64,000 nt of DNA, taken from Candidatus Kapaibacterium sp. (GTDB lineage Bacteria > Bacteroidota > Ignavibacteria > Kapaibacteriales > UBA2268). Of the stretch, positions 21,376-30,770 are shown one piece after another; the stretch's first letter is position 1, and each line of letters starts with the position of its first letter. The stretch spans positions 3,776,001-3,840,000 of the forward strand of contig OY762428.1 in the NCBI GenBank assembly GCA_963665665.1, given 5' to 3'. The position numbers and the translations under genes are program-made. A model generated the notes under the pieces. It saw nothing but the letters and a program-made list of their open reading frames with translations. It did no database searches and was not told the origin of the DNA.

Positions 21376-21870
21376 TTAAAAATATATTTCCAGAAGGCCT
21401 GTACCGGCATCAAACTTACTCGGGAATTCTTTTAGCGCTTTTTCGGCGGGGCCTTTGATTGGATTTCCGTGGTCAAATGGATCGAACCTGGAGCCGTGGC
21501 AGTAGCATACAATATCGGTGCGCCCCGGTCGCGGCAGACGTAAGTCGTCGCCGAAGCAGTTGGCGTGAGTGCAAAGCGAGGAGAAACATGCAAAAGCATC
21601 ATCGGCAATACGAACGATTATTATCGGGATTCCAAAGTTTACATGAGTCCATCTTTGAATCACAGACCCTCCAATCCGGGCCAGTGTTTCTTCGGGGTTT
21701 GTATCGAATTCCACCATTCCGCCGGTCAGTCCCTGGTTCTTCTCCCTGTCGAACTCGCAGGAAACCAGTCCGCTGACGGCTGCAACAGTTGCCGGGCAAA
21801 GGCCAAGCAATGCCAGGCCTTTTTTCATAAAATCCCTTCTCTCATCCGATAAAGTTTTATCTCTTTCCAT
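21376..21870 (-). CDS. Tat-exported Rieske [2Fe-2S] lipoprotein
   Basis: RRDFMK twin-arginine motif, lipobox-like LVSC; Rieske boxes CTHANC and CYCHGSRFD; GPA. Confidence 0.85.
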   Translation of the reverse strand: MERDKTLSDERRDFMKKGLALLGLCPATVAAVSGLVSCEFDREKNQGLTGGMVEFDTNPEETLARIGGSVIQRWTHVNFGIPIIIVRIADDAFACFSSLCTHANCFGDDLRLPRPGRTDIVCYCHGSRFDPFDHGNPIKGPAEKALKEFPSKFDAGTGLLEIYF

Positions 21871-22652
21871 TACCTGCTTACCGCCATTTTCTTAGTTCTC
21901 TTTCTGCCGTCCGCTGTTTCCAGACTAATAATATAAGCGCCAACCTGCAATCCAGAAACGTTAATATCAATATCATAGTTTCCGGAATCAACAAATTTAT
22001 TGCTGAAAACGGTTAAAACCTGATTCCCGATTGAATCGTAAACTTTCAGGGAATATTGTCCGGGAAGTTCCACGCCATAGCCGACGGATGTTGTGTTGCT
22101 GCACGGGTTGGGATAGTTTTGCCGGAGATAAAGCAATCCTTCGCTTTCGTCTTCAATACCAACAAGAACTGCGGGAATATCAAGATACAGGCTGTCGCCG
22201 CCATTCCATCGAACTTCAAATGTCTGCAGGTCTTCGGCTGCAGGCCCGTCCACATAAGTGCCGTCGGCTTTAAAAATTGTGCCGTGGCCGGAGCATTCAA
22301 ACTCGTGGTAAATATCAAGGTCGTAAACCGATTCACCTTCGTGCGGGCACAATGTATAAATGCAGGAATAGTGTTTGCCGTATTCTTCGTAATCAAGTTT
22401 GGTGACGATAATTGGTGCAAAAAAACCATCAGTGATATCGTTTGGAATTTGTATCCTGACAGATCCCCAGACTTCCTTTAGTTCGGGATAATCTTTCAGG
22501 CTGATGTGGTATGTACCCATTATTTCATCTTTATTCTTTTTAAGCGAAGGAGTAACTACTCCTTTCAATATGTGCGGGCAGGCAGGAGTAAATATACTGA
22601 TAGCCAGCATATTTTTCAGGAACTGCCTTCTGCGATTGCTGATGTTTTTCAT
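21870..22652 (-). CDS. Tat-signal Rieske [2Fe-2S] domain fused to a T9SS C-terminal sorting domain
   Basis: RRRQFLK; CPHEG...CSGHGTIF...GPA; QNYPNP...LQVGAYIISL...KKMAVSR; TAATG overlap with the next gene. Confidence 0.85.
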   Translation of the reverse strand: MKNISNRRRQFLKNMLAISIFTPACPHILKGVVTPSLKKNKDEIMGTYHISLKDYPELKEVWGSVRIQIPNDITDGFFAPIIVTKLDYEEYGKHYSCIYTLCPHEGESVYDLDIYHEFECSGHGTIFKADGTYVDGPAAEDLQTFEVRWNGGDSLYLDIPAVLVGIEDESEGLLYLRQNYPNPCSNTTSVGYGVELPGQYSLKVYDSIGNQVLTVFSNKFVDSGNYDIDINVSGLQVGAYIISLETADGRKRTKKMAVSR

Positions 22653-22672
22653 TTATATTGCCTCGATAAATA

Positions 22673-23752
22673 TCAAAAATTATCTGTTGGTTTTTTAAAT
22701 TTCTTATTTGCAAGGAACTCGTGGTCAGTAAGTGATTTCAGGAAAGCAACCAGGTCTGCTTTTTCCTGTTCGGTCAGGTTCAGGGGCCTCATCAGCGGGT
22801 CGCGATTGAAGAAGGGCTTCCCGCCCCTGTTATAATGGTTAATAACGTCTTCGAGTGTTTCAAGGTCTCCGTTGTGATAGTAGGGCGCTGTCATTTCAAT
22901 ATTTCTGAGCGTGGGGGTGATAAATACTCCCCAGTCCTTGAAATTCATTGTTTTATAATACCTGCCTTTATCAAAATAATGTGTTGTAACACCGGTATTA
23001 TGGAATTTCATATCTGTAAAGAATATTCCCGAATGGCACTGCGAGCAGTTGGTTTTAGTAGTATCAAAGTACAGTTTCATCCCGCGTATTTCGGATTCGT
23101 TCAGAGCGGCCAGGTCTCCGCGCCTGTATTTGTCATAATCAGAGTTGCCGGAGATAAGAGTTCTTACAAATGTTGAAATTGCCAGGGATACATTAGTTGC
23201 CGTCGGTTTTGCCCCTTTGCCGAAAGCTTTTTCGAACATGGAGGGATAAAGCGGATGTTCGGACAACCTTTTTTCAATTTCATTGGTATCGGCGCCCAGA
23301 ATTTGGTTCAGCCAGAGGCTTCTGTAGGCAGGCCCTTCAATTCTTCTGCCACGTCCGTCCCAGAAAAGCTTATCCCTGTAGGCAGCATTTATCAGGCACA
23401 TGGCATTTCGCGGTTCCGGTTCAAGCTCATTTGCCCTGCTCACAGGTGTGCAGTCCGAGAAAGAATACTCAGGCTTCATACAATGAGAGCAGGATGGCAG
23501 ATTCATGTCGCGGGAAAGCAGTTTTTCATAAAAAAGCCTTCGGCCAAGTTCAGCTTTTTCCTTTGTAATTGGATTGTATTCCGGTTGTGGAACGGGCGGA
23601 AAATCTTCCGGTACAGTCAAAAAGCCTTCTTTCTTTTCAGTTTCCGACTCAACAATGGAGGAGCATGAAAAAGATGAAAGAAGAGCCGTAAGAATTATGA
23701 GAATAGAAAATTTATATATTAGAATCGATTTATTACTGTTCATTTCGTTCAC
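22673..23752 (-). CDS. Di-heme cytochrome c peroxidase/MauG/MbnH-family lipoprotein with an atypical first heme motif
   Basis: NPITKEKAELGRRLFYEKLLS, SCSHCM, RNA..L.N, FWDGR, NCSQCH, TPTLRNI..TAPYYHNG...VINHY, LTEQEKADLVAFLKSL; lipobox-like SFSC. Confidence 0.9.
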   Translation of the reverse strand: MNEMNSNKSILIYKFSILIILTALLSSFSCSSIVESETEKKEGFLTVPEDFPPVPQPEYNPITKEKAELGRRLFYEKLLSRDMNLPSCSHCMKPEYSFSDCTPVSRANELEPEPRNAMCLINAAYRDKLFWDGRGRRIEGPAYRSLWLNQILGADTNEIEKRLSEHPLYPSMFEKAFGKGAKPTATNVSLAISTFVRTLISGNSDYDKYRRGDLAALNESEIRGMKLYFDTTKTNCSQCHSGIFFTDMKFHNTGVTTHYFDKGRYYKTMNFKDWGVFITPTLRNIEMTAPYYHNGDLETLEDVINHYNRGGKPFFNRDPLMRPLNLTEQEKADLVAFLKSLTDHEFLANKKFKKPTDNF

Positions 23753-23955
23753 CCGGCAGTTATTATTATTCCAGAGTAAATATATTCATTAACCTAATCA
23801 AAAAATGTTCATTTCCAAAGCAATACTTTTATCGCTAAAAGTAATGTTTAGCTTTCTTTCCTGTTAATAATAACAAATGTAATTAAAGAAAATTACAATT
23901 GAAATATTTTTATTAATTTATAATCCAGTTTTGTGTAATTAACAATATAAAAGAT

Positions 23956-24495
23956 ATGAAAAGCTTTAATAAGATCATAATGCTTGTTTTTGTGGCAATG
24001 GCGCTTTTGGCAGCCTGCGATGATAATGATACGGTGGAAAGAGCCGAATACGTTACTATGGATGAATTACTAAAATTACCCGGTTACGAGTGGGTAACCT
24101 ACGAAATGAAAGACTATTCCCCCGATCCTGTAATGGTTTCGGATATTGCCGAGGCTTTTGATATCAACCGGCACAGATTTCTTTTCTTCCTGAAGCCCGG
24201 ATGTACCTGCATCGATCCTGAAGTTCCGCTGGCATGGATGTTTAAAACCCTTGATGAAGCTGATATCAGTGATTTTTACAGGGAAATCTATATTATGAAG
24301 GATAAAGATATCGAGCATCCCTATCAGGACAATTTTCAGTTGAACCGTGTGTCATCATATTTGCTTATGGATATGACAGATACAACTGTAATTCTATCAC
24401 TCAGGGATACAATCGATCAGATAATATTTTACTCTCCTGACAGCCTTAAGTATTTGAATATTGAAGAATTGGTTCTTCACGCTCTTCAAAAATAA
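23956..24495 (+). CDS. Lipoprotein, possible thioredoxin-like fold with a CxC motif
   Basis: Lipobox LAAC; FLFFLKPGCTC followed by a helix; fold assignment is an inference. Confidence 0.55.
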   Translation: MKSFNKIIMLVFVAMALLAACDDNDTVERAEYVTMDELLKLPGYEWVTYEMKDYSPDPVMVSDIAEAFDINRHRFLFFLKPGCTCIDPEVPLAWMFKTLDEADISDFYREIYIMKDKDIEHPYQDNFQLNRVSSYLLMDMTDTTVILSLRDTIDQIIFYSPDSLKYLNIEELVLHALQK

Positions 24496-24517
24496 GTTTC
24501 ATGTTTCGGATAATGTT

Positions 24518-24925
24518 ATGAAGCATTGGTTAGTAAAATCAGATCCCGACAGTTATGGCTGGGAGGAAATGAAAAGAGACAGAAAAACCGATTGGGACGG
24601 GGTAAGAAATTATCAGGCAAGAAATAACCTGAAAGAAATGAAAAAAGGCGACAAAGTACTTTTCTACCACAGTGTTAAAGATAAAACCGTTGTTGGTGTT
24701 ACAGAAGTTAGCAGGGAGTTTTACCAGGATCCCACAACGGATGATGAAAGATGGGTGGCCGTAGAGCTAACGTTTTCGGAAGAGTTTAAAAATGAAGTAA
24801 GCCTGAAAGATATTAAAGGGCGGGCCTCTTTATCTGAAATTGCTCTGATCAGGCAGTCAAGATTATCGGTTATGCCCTTAACAAAGAAAGAATTTACAGA
24901 GGTATGTAAGATGGGTGGTATATAA
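24518..24925 (+). CDS. EVE domain protein
   Basis: HWLVKSDP, WDGVRNYQARN, GDKVLFYHS, SRLSVMP; start moved to the ATG at 24518. Confidence 0.92.
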   Translation: MKHWLVKSDPDSYGWEEMKRDRKTDWDGVRNYQARNNLKEMKKGDKVLFYHSVKDKTVVGVTEVSREFYQDPTTDDERWVAVELTFSEEFKNEVSLKDIKGRASLSEIALIRQSRLSVMPLTKKEFTEVCKMGGI

Positions 24926-24986
24926 ATTTTATTCAATTATTTTATCTCACAATCGTTTAAAATAATAAAACTTTGGAGTTTATGTC

Positions 24987-25208
24987 ATGACACGTCAGTT
25001 TGGAAGCATTATTAGCAAGGATGAGGATATGTTCGTTGCCTTGTGTCCGGAATTGGATATTGTCAGCCAGGGATATACGATTGAGGAAGCACGGTATAAT
25101 CTGAAAGAAGCAATTGAACTTTTCTTTGAATGCGCTCCTGATAGTGAAGTAAAAAGAAGGATGAAGTCAGAATCTTATTATACCAATATTGAGGTTGAGA
25201 TTGCCTAA
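24987..25208 (+). CDS. hicB: HicB-family antitoxin (short form)
   Basis: FVALCPELDIVSQGYTIEEARYNLKEAIELF. Confidence 0.88.
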   Translation: MTRQFGSIISKDEDMFVALCPELDIVSQGYTIEEARYNLKEAIELFFECAPDSEVKRRMKSESYYTNIEVEIA

Positions 25209-25419
25209 AAGGAAAGTATATTCCGGAAAGGATATTATTAAAATTTTAGAAATATATGGCTTTATTGAAATTAGACAAAAAGGAAGCCATATTGTAATGC
25301 AAAAGTCAACTAAAAATTCAAAAATAACGATACCTGTTCCTGATCATAAAGAACTTAAAGCCGGGACATTGAATTCAATAATCAGACAATCAGGGTTAGA
25401 TAAAAGGATTTTGAAATAA
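25201..25419 (+). CDS. hicA: HicA-family mRNase toxin
   Basis: SGKDIIKILE.YGF.EIRQKGSHIVM...IPVPDHKELKAGTLNSIIRQSG; probable TTG start overlapping hicB. Confidence 0.88.
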   Translation: MPKRKVYSGKDIIKILEIYGFIEIRQKGSHIVMQKSTKNSKITIPVPDHKELKAGTLNSIIRQSGLDKRILK

Positions 25420-25427
25420 TATCCATC

Positions 25428-26084
25428 TCAAAACAAAGTCAGATCGCGGTCAAAATATTTTTTCATGAAAGAGCGGCGGTGTATAGGGCAGAGGCCCAGT
25501 TTATCAATTGCCTCGTAGTGCTTTTTTGTGCCGTAGCCCTTATGCGAGGCAAATCCGTAGCCGGGGTATAGCTTTTCGGCTTCGGTTTCCATCCAGCGGT
25601 CGCGGCTTACCTTGGCAACTATCGACGCCGCCGCAATTGACAGCGATTTCGAATCGCCTTTTTTTACTGTAATATAGGGAATGCCAAAGCCACGAAAATA
25701 ATTGCCGTCAATAAGCAGGCGTCCCGGAGTATCTCTCAGCTGTTCCACTGATTCCCGCATTGCCTGCATGGTGGCGCCAAGTATATTAATATCGTCTATG
25801 GTTTCATGATCAATAAAGCAAGCTGCCCGGTTAGGGAAATTTGCCGTGATAAATTCAAACAGTTCATCCCTTTTTTTAGGGCTGAGCTGCTTGGAATCAT
25901 TTATGCCAAGTTCGGATAGATCCATATCCGGAAGAATAACAGCCGCTGCAACTACGGGCCCGGCAATACAGCCCCGCCCGGCTTCATCCACTCCGGCAAC
26001 GATTTCCCCTTTTTCCCTGTAGTAGGTTTCCAGTTCAAGGTCGGGCATCTGTTTTATTTTTTTTGGCATAGTTACTTTTTTCAT
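25428..26084 (-). CDS. rnhB: Ribonuclease HII
   Basis: GVDEAGRGCIAGPVVAAAV, DSKQLS, KGDSKSLSIAAASIVAKVSRD, HKGYGT, HRRSF. Confidence 0.97.
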   Translation of the reverse strand: MKKVTMPKKIKQMPDLELETYYREKGEIVAGVDEAGRGCIAGPVVAAAVILPDMDLSELGINDSKQLSPKKRDELFEFITANFPNRAACFIDHETIDDINILGATMQAMRESVEQLRDTPGRLLIDGNYFRGFGIPYITVKKGDSKSLSIAAASIVAKVSRDRWMETEAEKLYPGYGFASHKGYGTKKHYEAIDKLGLCPIHRRSFMKKYFDRDLTLF

Positions 26085-26095
26085 TTTAGGGGAGA

Positions 26096-26905
26096 TTACT
26101 TCTTATCAAATTCAACAGTCAGGAACCAGCCAACGCGGTTGCCGCCAAGAATATAAGCCGCAACTTTTGCAATCCCCCTGAACAGCGATCCGAAGCGGCC
26201 CAGTTTATCCCAATAGGAAAGTACAGGCTTGATTTTCAGATTTTCAATCGGCTGTCCTTTCAATATTTCAGCTACTTCCTTAGCTGTGTATGCCTTGGTG
26301 CCAATGCTTTCCATGTGGTCCCAAAGAATTTTTGCCAGCGATTTCCAGGGTTTGCCTTTGAGCAGGGCATGTTTCATCCAGAAAAAATATGCAAGCAGAG
26401 AATGGCGGTGATAGACCATTATCTTGCACTTGCCGCCGGGCTTGCAAACCCTTACTATCTCCCTGAAAGCTTTGGGTGTATCCGGCGTATGGTGAATAAC
26501 GCCCCAACTGTAAACCAGGTCGAATTTATTATCCGGGTATGGCAGGTTTTCGGAATCGCCAACCTGGAAGTCCTCGGCCTCAAGCCCGTATATTGACAGG
26601 CGGTGGCGGACATGTTCAACTGCCTCGGGCGTAAGGTCAATCCCGTGAGCCCTTGCCCCGGCCCTTGCCCATTGAAGGAAATCAGTTCCAGCGCCGATGC
26701 CAACTTCAAGCACGTCCTGTCCGCGAAACCGGGTGAACTGTGCGAATGAAAATATTTCGGGTTCTCGCAGGTAGCGTTCCCGTTCGATATCCTCGAAATA
26801 CTGCTTAGTATATTTTTCCTTATCAGTAACGTATGTTCCGCAGGCTTCATTGTTCCAATAATCCTTTACCTGCCCCTTCATATTATCATTTTTTTGAGAA
26901 CTCAT
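26096..26905 (-). CDS. Class I SAM-dependent methyltransferase
   Basis: VLEVGIGAG, GIDLT, GDSENLPYPDNKFDLVYSWGVIHH, VCKPGG. Confidence 0.9.
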   Translation of the reverse strand: MSSQKNDNMKGQVKDYWNNEACGTYVTDKEKYTKQYFEDIERERYLREPEIFSFAQFTRFRGQDVLEVGIGAGTDFLQWARAGARAHGIDLTPEAVEHVRHRLSIYGLEAEDFQVGDSENLPYPDNKFDLVYSWGVIHHTPDTPKAFREIVRVCKPGGKCKIMVYHRHSLLAYFFWMKHALLKGKPWKSLAKILWDHMESIGTKAYTAKEVAEILKGQPIENLKIKPVLSYWDKLGRFGSLFRGIAKVAAYILGGNRVGWFLTVEFDKK

Positions 26906-27009
26906 TTTATTCAGCCGATTTTTTTAATTATTTTCGCTATTTGTTTTTGTCAACGTGGCAAATTTAATAAATATCAGGCAAATATCCGGCAGTAAGCAGG
27001 GGAATAAGA

Positions 27010-27423
27010 TTGGCAGAGAATCTTTTAATATTATTAAACGGGCGTGCTTCGGCAGTTCTTGAAGCAAACGGGCTTGATCTAGCGGATTTCGAAGTGATAA
27101 AACTGGACGAAAAACTGCTGGCCTCGCCGGGCTATATAGTTAAGCTGATGAAGTCAGGAAATTACAAATCTGTATATTTTGGATGTATTGAACTTCAGCT
27201 TCAGCGCTTTCATATTTTCATGAAGTTATATCTCTTTCTTTCAATGATTATGAAAGGCGGGATTATAGATGAAAAAGGAGATAAAAACCTTTATTCAACC
27301 GGCAGGCTATTTTTTGTTGAATTGCCCAAACTAATTTTTGAAGTTGGCGCGAGTTTCTTTGCAGTAATTTATTATTATATCAAATATCCGGTTACAAAAT
27401 GGCTTTACCTGAAAAATCGTTAA
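27010..27423 (+). CDS. Hypothetical protein with a C-terminal hydrophobic segment
   Basis: 137-aa ORF overlapping the downstream glycosyltransferase start; no recognised motif. Confidence 0.6.
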   Translation: MAENLLILLNGRASAVLEANGLDLADFEVIKLDEKLLASPGYIVKLMKSGNYKSVYFGCIELQLQRFHIFMKLYLFLSMIMKGGIIDEKGDKNLYSTGRLFFVELPKLIFEVGASFFAVIYYYIKYPVTKWLYLKNR

Positions 27424-28592
27424 AAGGGCTGTTCCAGAGAGCAGATTTTTATGGTGCTGCTACTGAGGGCGGTATGGGATCAATGCACCTGGGACTTCTG
27501 AATGGCTTCCTGAAACTCGGGCACCAGGCTGTTTTTGCTTCCTGTGGCCGTATGAAACTTCCCGAGGGAGTGAAATATTATTTCCTGCCTTATAATAATA
27601 TTTACCGCAACTTTCCCGAAGTGCTGAACCTGGCTTACAACAGGCGCTCGGCCAAAATTATGAAAGATATTATCCGCAAAGAACAACCGGATTTTATTTA
27701 CCAGCACCATGCGGATTTTAGTTTTTCCGGTTCCAAACTGAAAAGGGATACCGGACTGCCTTTCTTCCTGCAATGCGAGGGCGTGCAGCAATGGGTAAAA
27801 AAGAACTGGGGAAAACTATATATGCCCAAACTGCTGCGTATTGCCGAGCAGACCCAATGGGAAATGGCCGACGCAATATTTGTAATCTCACAAAAAGTGA
27901 AAGATATGATGGTGGAGTACGGCGCAGATGCCGATAAAATCCACGTCCACCCAAGCGCTGTGGATCCCGATCAGTTTACACCAGAGGTGGACGGGGAGTG
28001 GGTAAAGAAAAAATACCGCATGGAGGATAATTATATAGTCGGTTTTACAGGTACATTTGCACCCTGGCACGGTATTGAGGTTCTTGCTGAATCCGTGAAA
28101 CATATTATTAAACATATTCCGAACGCTAAAGTCCTGCTCGTGGGCGACGGGGAATTAAGGCCGAGAATAGAAGAAATAATAAAGCGCGATAATGTAGAGG
28201 ATAAAGTTGTTATAACCGGCGTTGTTCCATACCCGACTGTTCCCAACCACCTGAAAGCCTGTGATGTGCTTCTTTCGCCTTGCGTTTCTAATGACGATGA
28301 ATCTGGATTTTTCAACAGCCCGGTTAAATTGTTCGAATATCTCGGTATTGGTAAACCTATTATTGCAACAGATGTCGGTCAGCAGGGCGAAGTGATCATA
28401 GACAACGACAACGGCCTGCTTATCCCTGAAAAATCTCCCGGGGCAATAGCCGAAGCTGTTTATAAAATTTATAAAGACCCTGACCTTTCGGTAAGGCTAT
28501 CTAAATTTGCTAGGCGTGCCGCCGTTGAAAAATATGACTGGAAGGTAAACGCAGCTCATGTTATCGAGATTTATAATAAGATAGTAGCGTGA
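27399..28592 (+). CDS. Glycosyltransferase family 4
   Basis: VGFTGTFAPWHGIE, LLVGDG, SPVKLFEYLGIGKPIIATDVG, YDW. Confidence 0.92.
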   Translation: MALPEKSLKGLFQRADFYGAATEGGMGSMHLGLLNGFLKLGHQAVFASCGRMKLPEGVKYYFLPYNNIYRNFPEVLNLAYNRRSAKIMKDIIRKEQPDFIYQHHADFSFSGSKLKRDTGLPFFLQCEGVQQWVKKNWGKLYMPKLLRIAEQTQWEMADAIFVISQKVKDMMVEYGADADKIHVHPSAVDPDQFTPEVDGEWVKKKYRMEDNYIVGFTGTFAPWHGIEVLAESVKHIIKHIPNAKVLLVGDGELRPRIEEIIKRDNVEDKVVITGVVPYPTVPNHLKACDVLLSPCVSNDDESGFFNSPVKLFEYLGIGKPIIATDVGQQGEVIIDNDNGLLIPEKSPGAIAEAVYKIYKDPDLSVRLSKFARRAAVEKYDWKVNAAHVIEIYNKIVA

Positions 28593-28639
28593 GAGAATTT
28601 CTTAATTTGGTAAGGTAAATATCAATAATCAATTAATTA

Positions 28640-28846
28640 TCAGTCTGTTGTTGATTTCTCAATGGCATTGAATACTGATTTTACAATTTTAGGATGTAAT
28701 ATTTTTCCGGAATGAAAAGGAATCACAATTTATATATTGTTTTTTCCAAAAATTTTATGGCTTCCTTTTGTACGAATAAGAACAAATCCTGCTTTCAATA
28801 ACATTGATTCAGCGATTGCAGCAGTGATTCTTGGCAACTTAGGCAT
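28640..28846 (-). pseudogene. hicA: HicA-family toxin with an internal stop codon
   Basis: Manual translation: MPKLPRITAAIAESMLLKAGFVLIRTKGSHKIFGKNNI*IVIPFHSGKILHPKIVKSVFNAIEKSTTD; in-frame TAA at 28730-28732. Confidence 0.85.
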
Positions 28847-29066
28847 AATCCAACTCAATGTCTGAAAGTATTATCCTTTTCTTTCCAAGGCTTCTTTTTT
28901 CTTCTTCAGTGAGAGTTTCAATATATAGTTCAGCAGCTTCTTTAATATTTAAATAAGCTTGCTCATAGGTATCCCCCTGAGATTGGCATCCGGGCAATTC
29001 AGGGCAATAAACATAGTAGCCGTTTGTTTCGTCATTTTCGAAAATAATATTAAACCTGTAAGTCAT
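28839..29066 (-). CDS. hicB: HicB-family antitoxin (short form)
   Basis: GYYVYCPELPGCQSQGDTYEQAYLNIKEAAELYIE. Confidence 0.9.
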   Translation of the reverse strand: MTYRFNIIFENDETNGYYVYCPELPGCQSQGDTYEQAYLNIKEAAELYIETLTEEEKRSLGKKRIILSDIELDYA

Positions 29067-29141
29067 ATTTTACCTTGTTTACTATTATGATATTGTTGTC
29101 AATTATATTAACGTTGCTGGATAAAATTTTATAATAATTTC

Positions 29142-30266
29142 CTACCCGTTCCTGAAAACCTGTCCTTTCCAGCTGATATCCTTTTTCAGAAGAAGCATTG
29201 GCAGTACCGGCTCGAATAGCATCAGGAATAATACTGCCGGGAATATCCAGGGTATAAGGCGCAATTTTCTCAATTCAAAAATTGCAGGCTGGGCAAGAAT
29301 GAAATCCCCGAAAACCCTGACGGCAAGTATTGATGGAATAGCCCAGTAATTTCCTGTAATAATTCCCGCTACAATTCCTACCCACTGTGCAAGTGTTGTC
29401 ATAACAAACAAGGCACCGCGCCAGCCCAGCCCCATTCCTCCTACTGTCCAGCGGTGGTGCTGTTTCATATAGGATTTAAGATCTGGCAGGGCCCTTGTTA
29501 TAGCAGAGTTGCCGTTCGAGAGAGGATAAACTGCTTTATATCCGGCTTTTAAAGTTGCTTTCAGCAACGCAAGGTCCTCAGTTACTGAAAAAGTAATACT
29601 TCCGAAGCCACCAATCTTTTTATAAACATTCTTTCTTATACTCAGGTTGTTCCCGTGACATCCAAGTACTTGCTTCAAAGATATGGCACCGGATGCCATT
29701 GTATGAAGAAATATCCATTCAACAGCCTGTATGTTTTCAAACCAGGTTTTTCCTTCGATACTTGTAAATCCTCCACAAATTCCAACATCCGGATCGGCAA
29801 ACTGGCGTGTGGTTTCATCTATCCAATTAGGATTAACGGTGCAATCAGCGTCGGTCATCATAAAAATTTCTCCCCTGGCAAGGCCTATGCCTTCTTCAAT
29901 GGCTCCCGGCTTACCTTTCAGGTTTTGATTGTTTCCCGACTTAGTTTTATTAACAATTCTCAAATTGCTAATCTCATTTTTAAGATTTTCCAGGATTTCC
30001 AGAGTTGTGTCCTCGGAACGGTCATTAATGGCAATTATCTCATATTTTTCAGTAGGATAATTGTTCAAAGAAATGGATTTAATACAATTTTCAATATTAT
30101 CTTCTTCGTTCCTTGCAGGTACAAGTACTGAAATAAAGGGGTGTACTTCATATCCCGAAGTATTTCTTTTTTGGATAATGCTTTTGCTGATTCCTATTAG
30201 GAAAAATAGTACCCTGAGTGAATAAATTCCAACTGCAATACAAAAAATTATTGTAAAAATATCCAT
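29142..30266 (-). CDS. Membrane glycosyltransferase family 2
   Basis: ISVLVPARNEE, INDRSED, MTDAD, TEDL, QHHRW, transmembrane segments. Confidence 0.92.
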   Translation of the reverse strand: MDIFTIIFCIAVGIYSLRVLFFLIGISKSIIQKRNTSGYEVHPFISVLVPARNEEDNIENCIKSISLNNYPTEKYEIIAINDRSEDTTLEILENLKNEISNLRIVNKTKSGNNQNLKGKPGAIEEGIGLARGEIFMMTDADCTVNPNWIDETTRQFADPDVGICGGFTSIEGKTWFENIQAVEWIFLHTMASGAISLKQVLGCHGNNLSIRKNVYKKIGGFGSITFSVTEDLALLKATLKAGYKAVYPLSNGNSAITRALPDLKSYMKQHHRWTVGGMGLGWRGALFVMTTLAQWVGIVAGIITGNYWAIPSILAVRVFGDFILAQPAIFELRKLRLIPWIFPAVLFLMLFEPVLPMLLLKKDISWKGQVFRNG

Positions 30267-30422
30267 CCCTACGGGGCCTTTCCTAAGAATTTAATCCAAC
30301 AAAAACCAAAAAATAAAGATAAGAAATTAATCGTTAAGCCTGACTGAATATTGTGTTAATTTATATCAATTTGGGAAGAAAAATTTAATTATTTTAATGC
30401 TGTGTAAAAATTTGAGTTAATT

Positions 30423-30770
30423 ATGAGATCAGAATCCGAAACTGTTGATGAATATCTGGATGAAATACCTCCTGAAAGGGCTTTAGCTGTGAATGAGTTA
30501 AGAAAGTTATTTACCGAAGTTTTACCTGTGTATTCCGAGACAATGAAATATAATATGCCTACATATACGAATGGAAATCGCGTTTTTGCTATGGCATCGC
30601 AAAAGCAATATATCAGCCTGTACTTCGACAGGGCAAATGCTGTTAAAGATGTTGTTAGTACCGGGATGAAATGTTCCGCCGGGAAAAGTTGTGTCCGGTT
30701 TACAAAGGCAGAAAATATTGATATGATAAAAATTAAGAAAATCATAGTGGCTTCATATTCTTATGAGTGA
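30423..30770 (+). CDS. DUF1801 domain protein
   Basis: TVDEYLDEIPPER...ETMKYNMPTY...ASQKQYISLY...GKSCVRF. Confidence 0.8.
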   Translation: MRSESETVDEYLDEIPPERALAVNELRKLFTEVLPVYSETMKYNMPTYTNGNRVFAMASQKQYISLYFDRANAVKDVVSTGMKCSAGKSCVRFTKAENIDMIKIKKIIVASYSYE

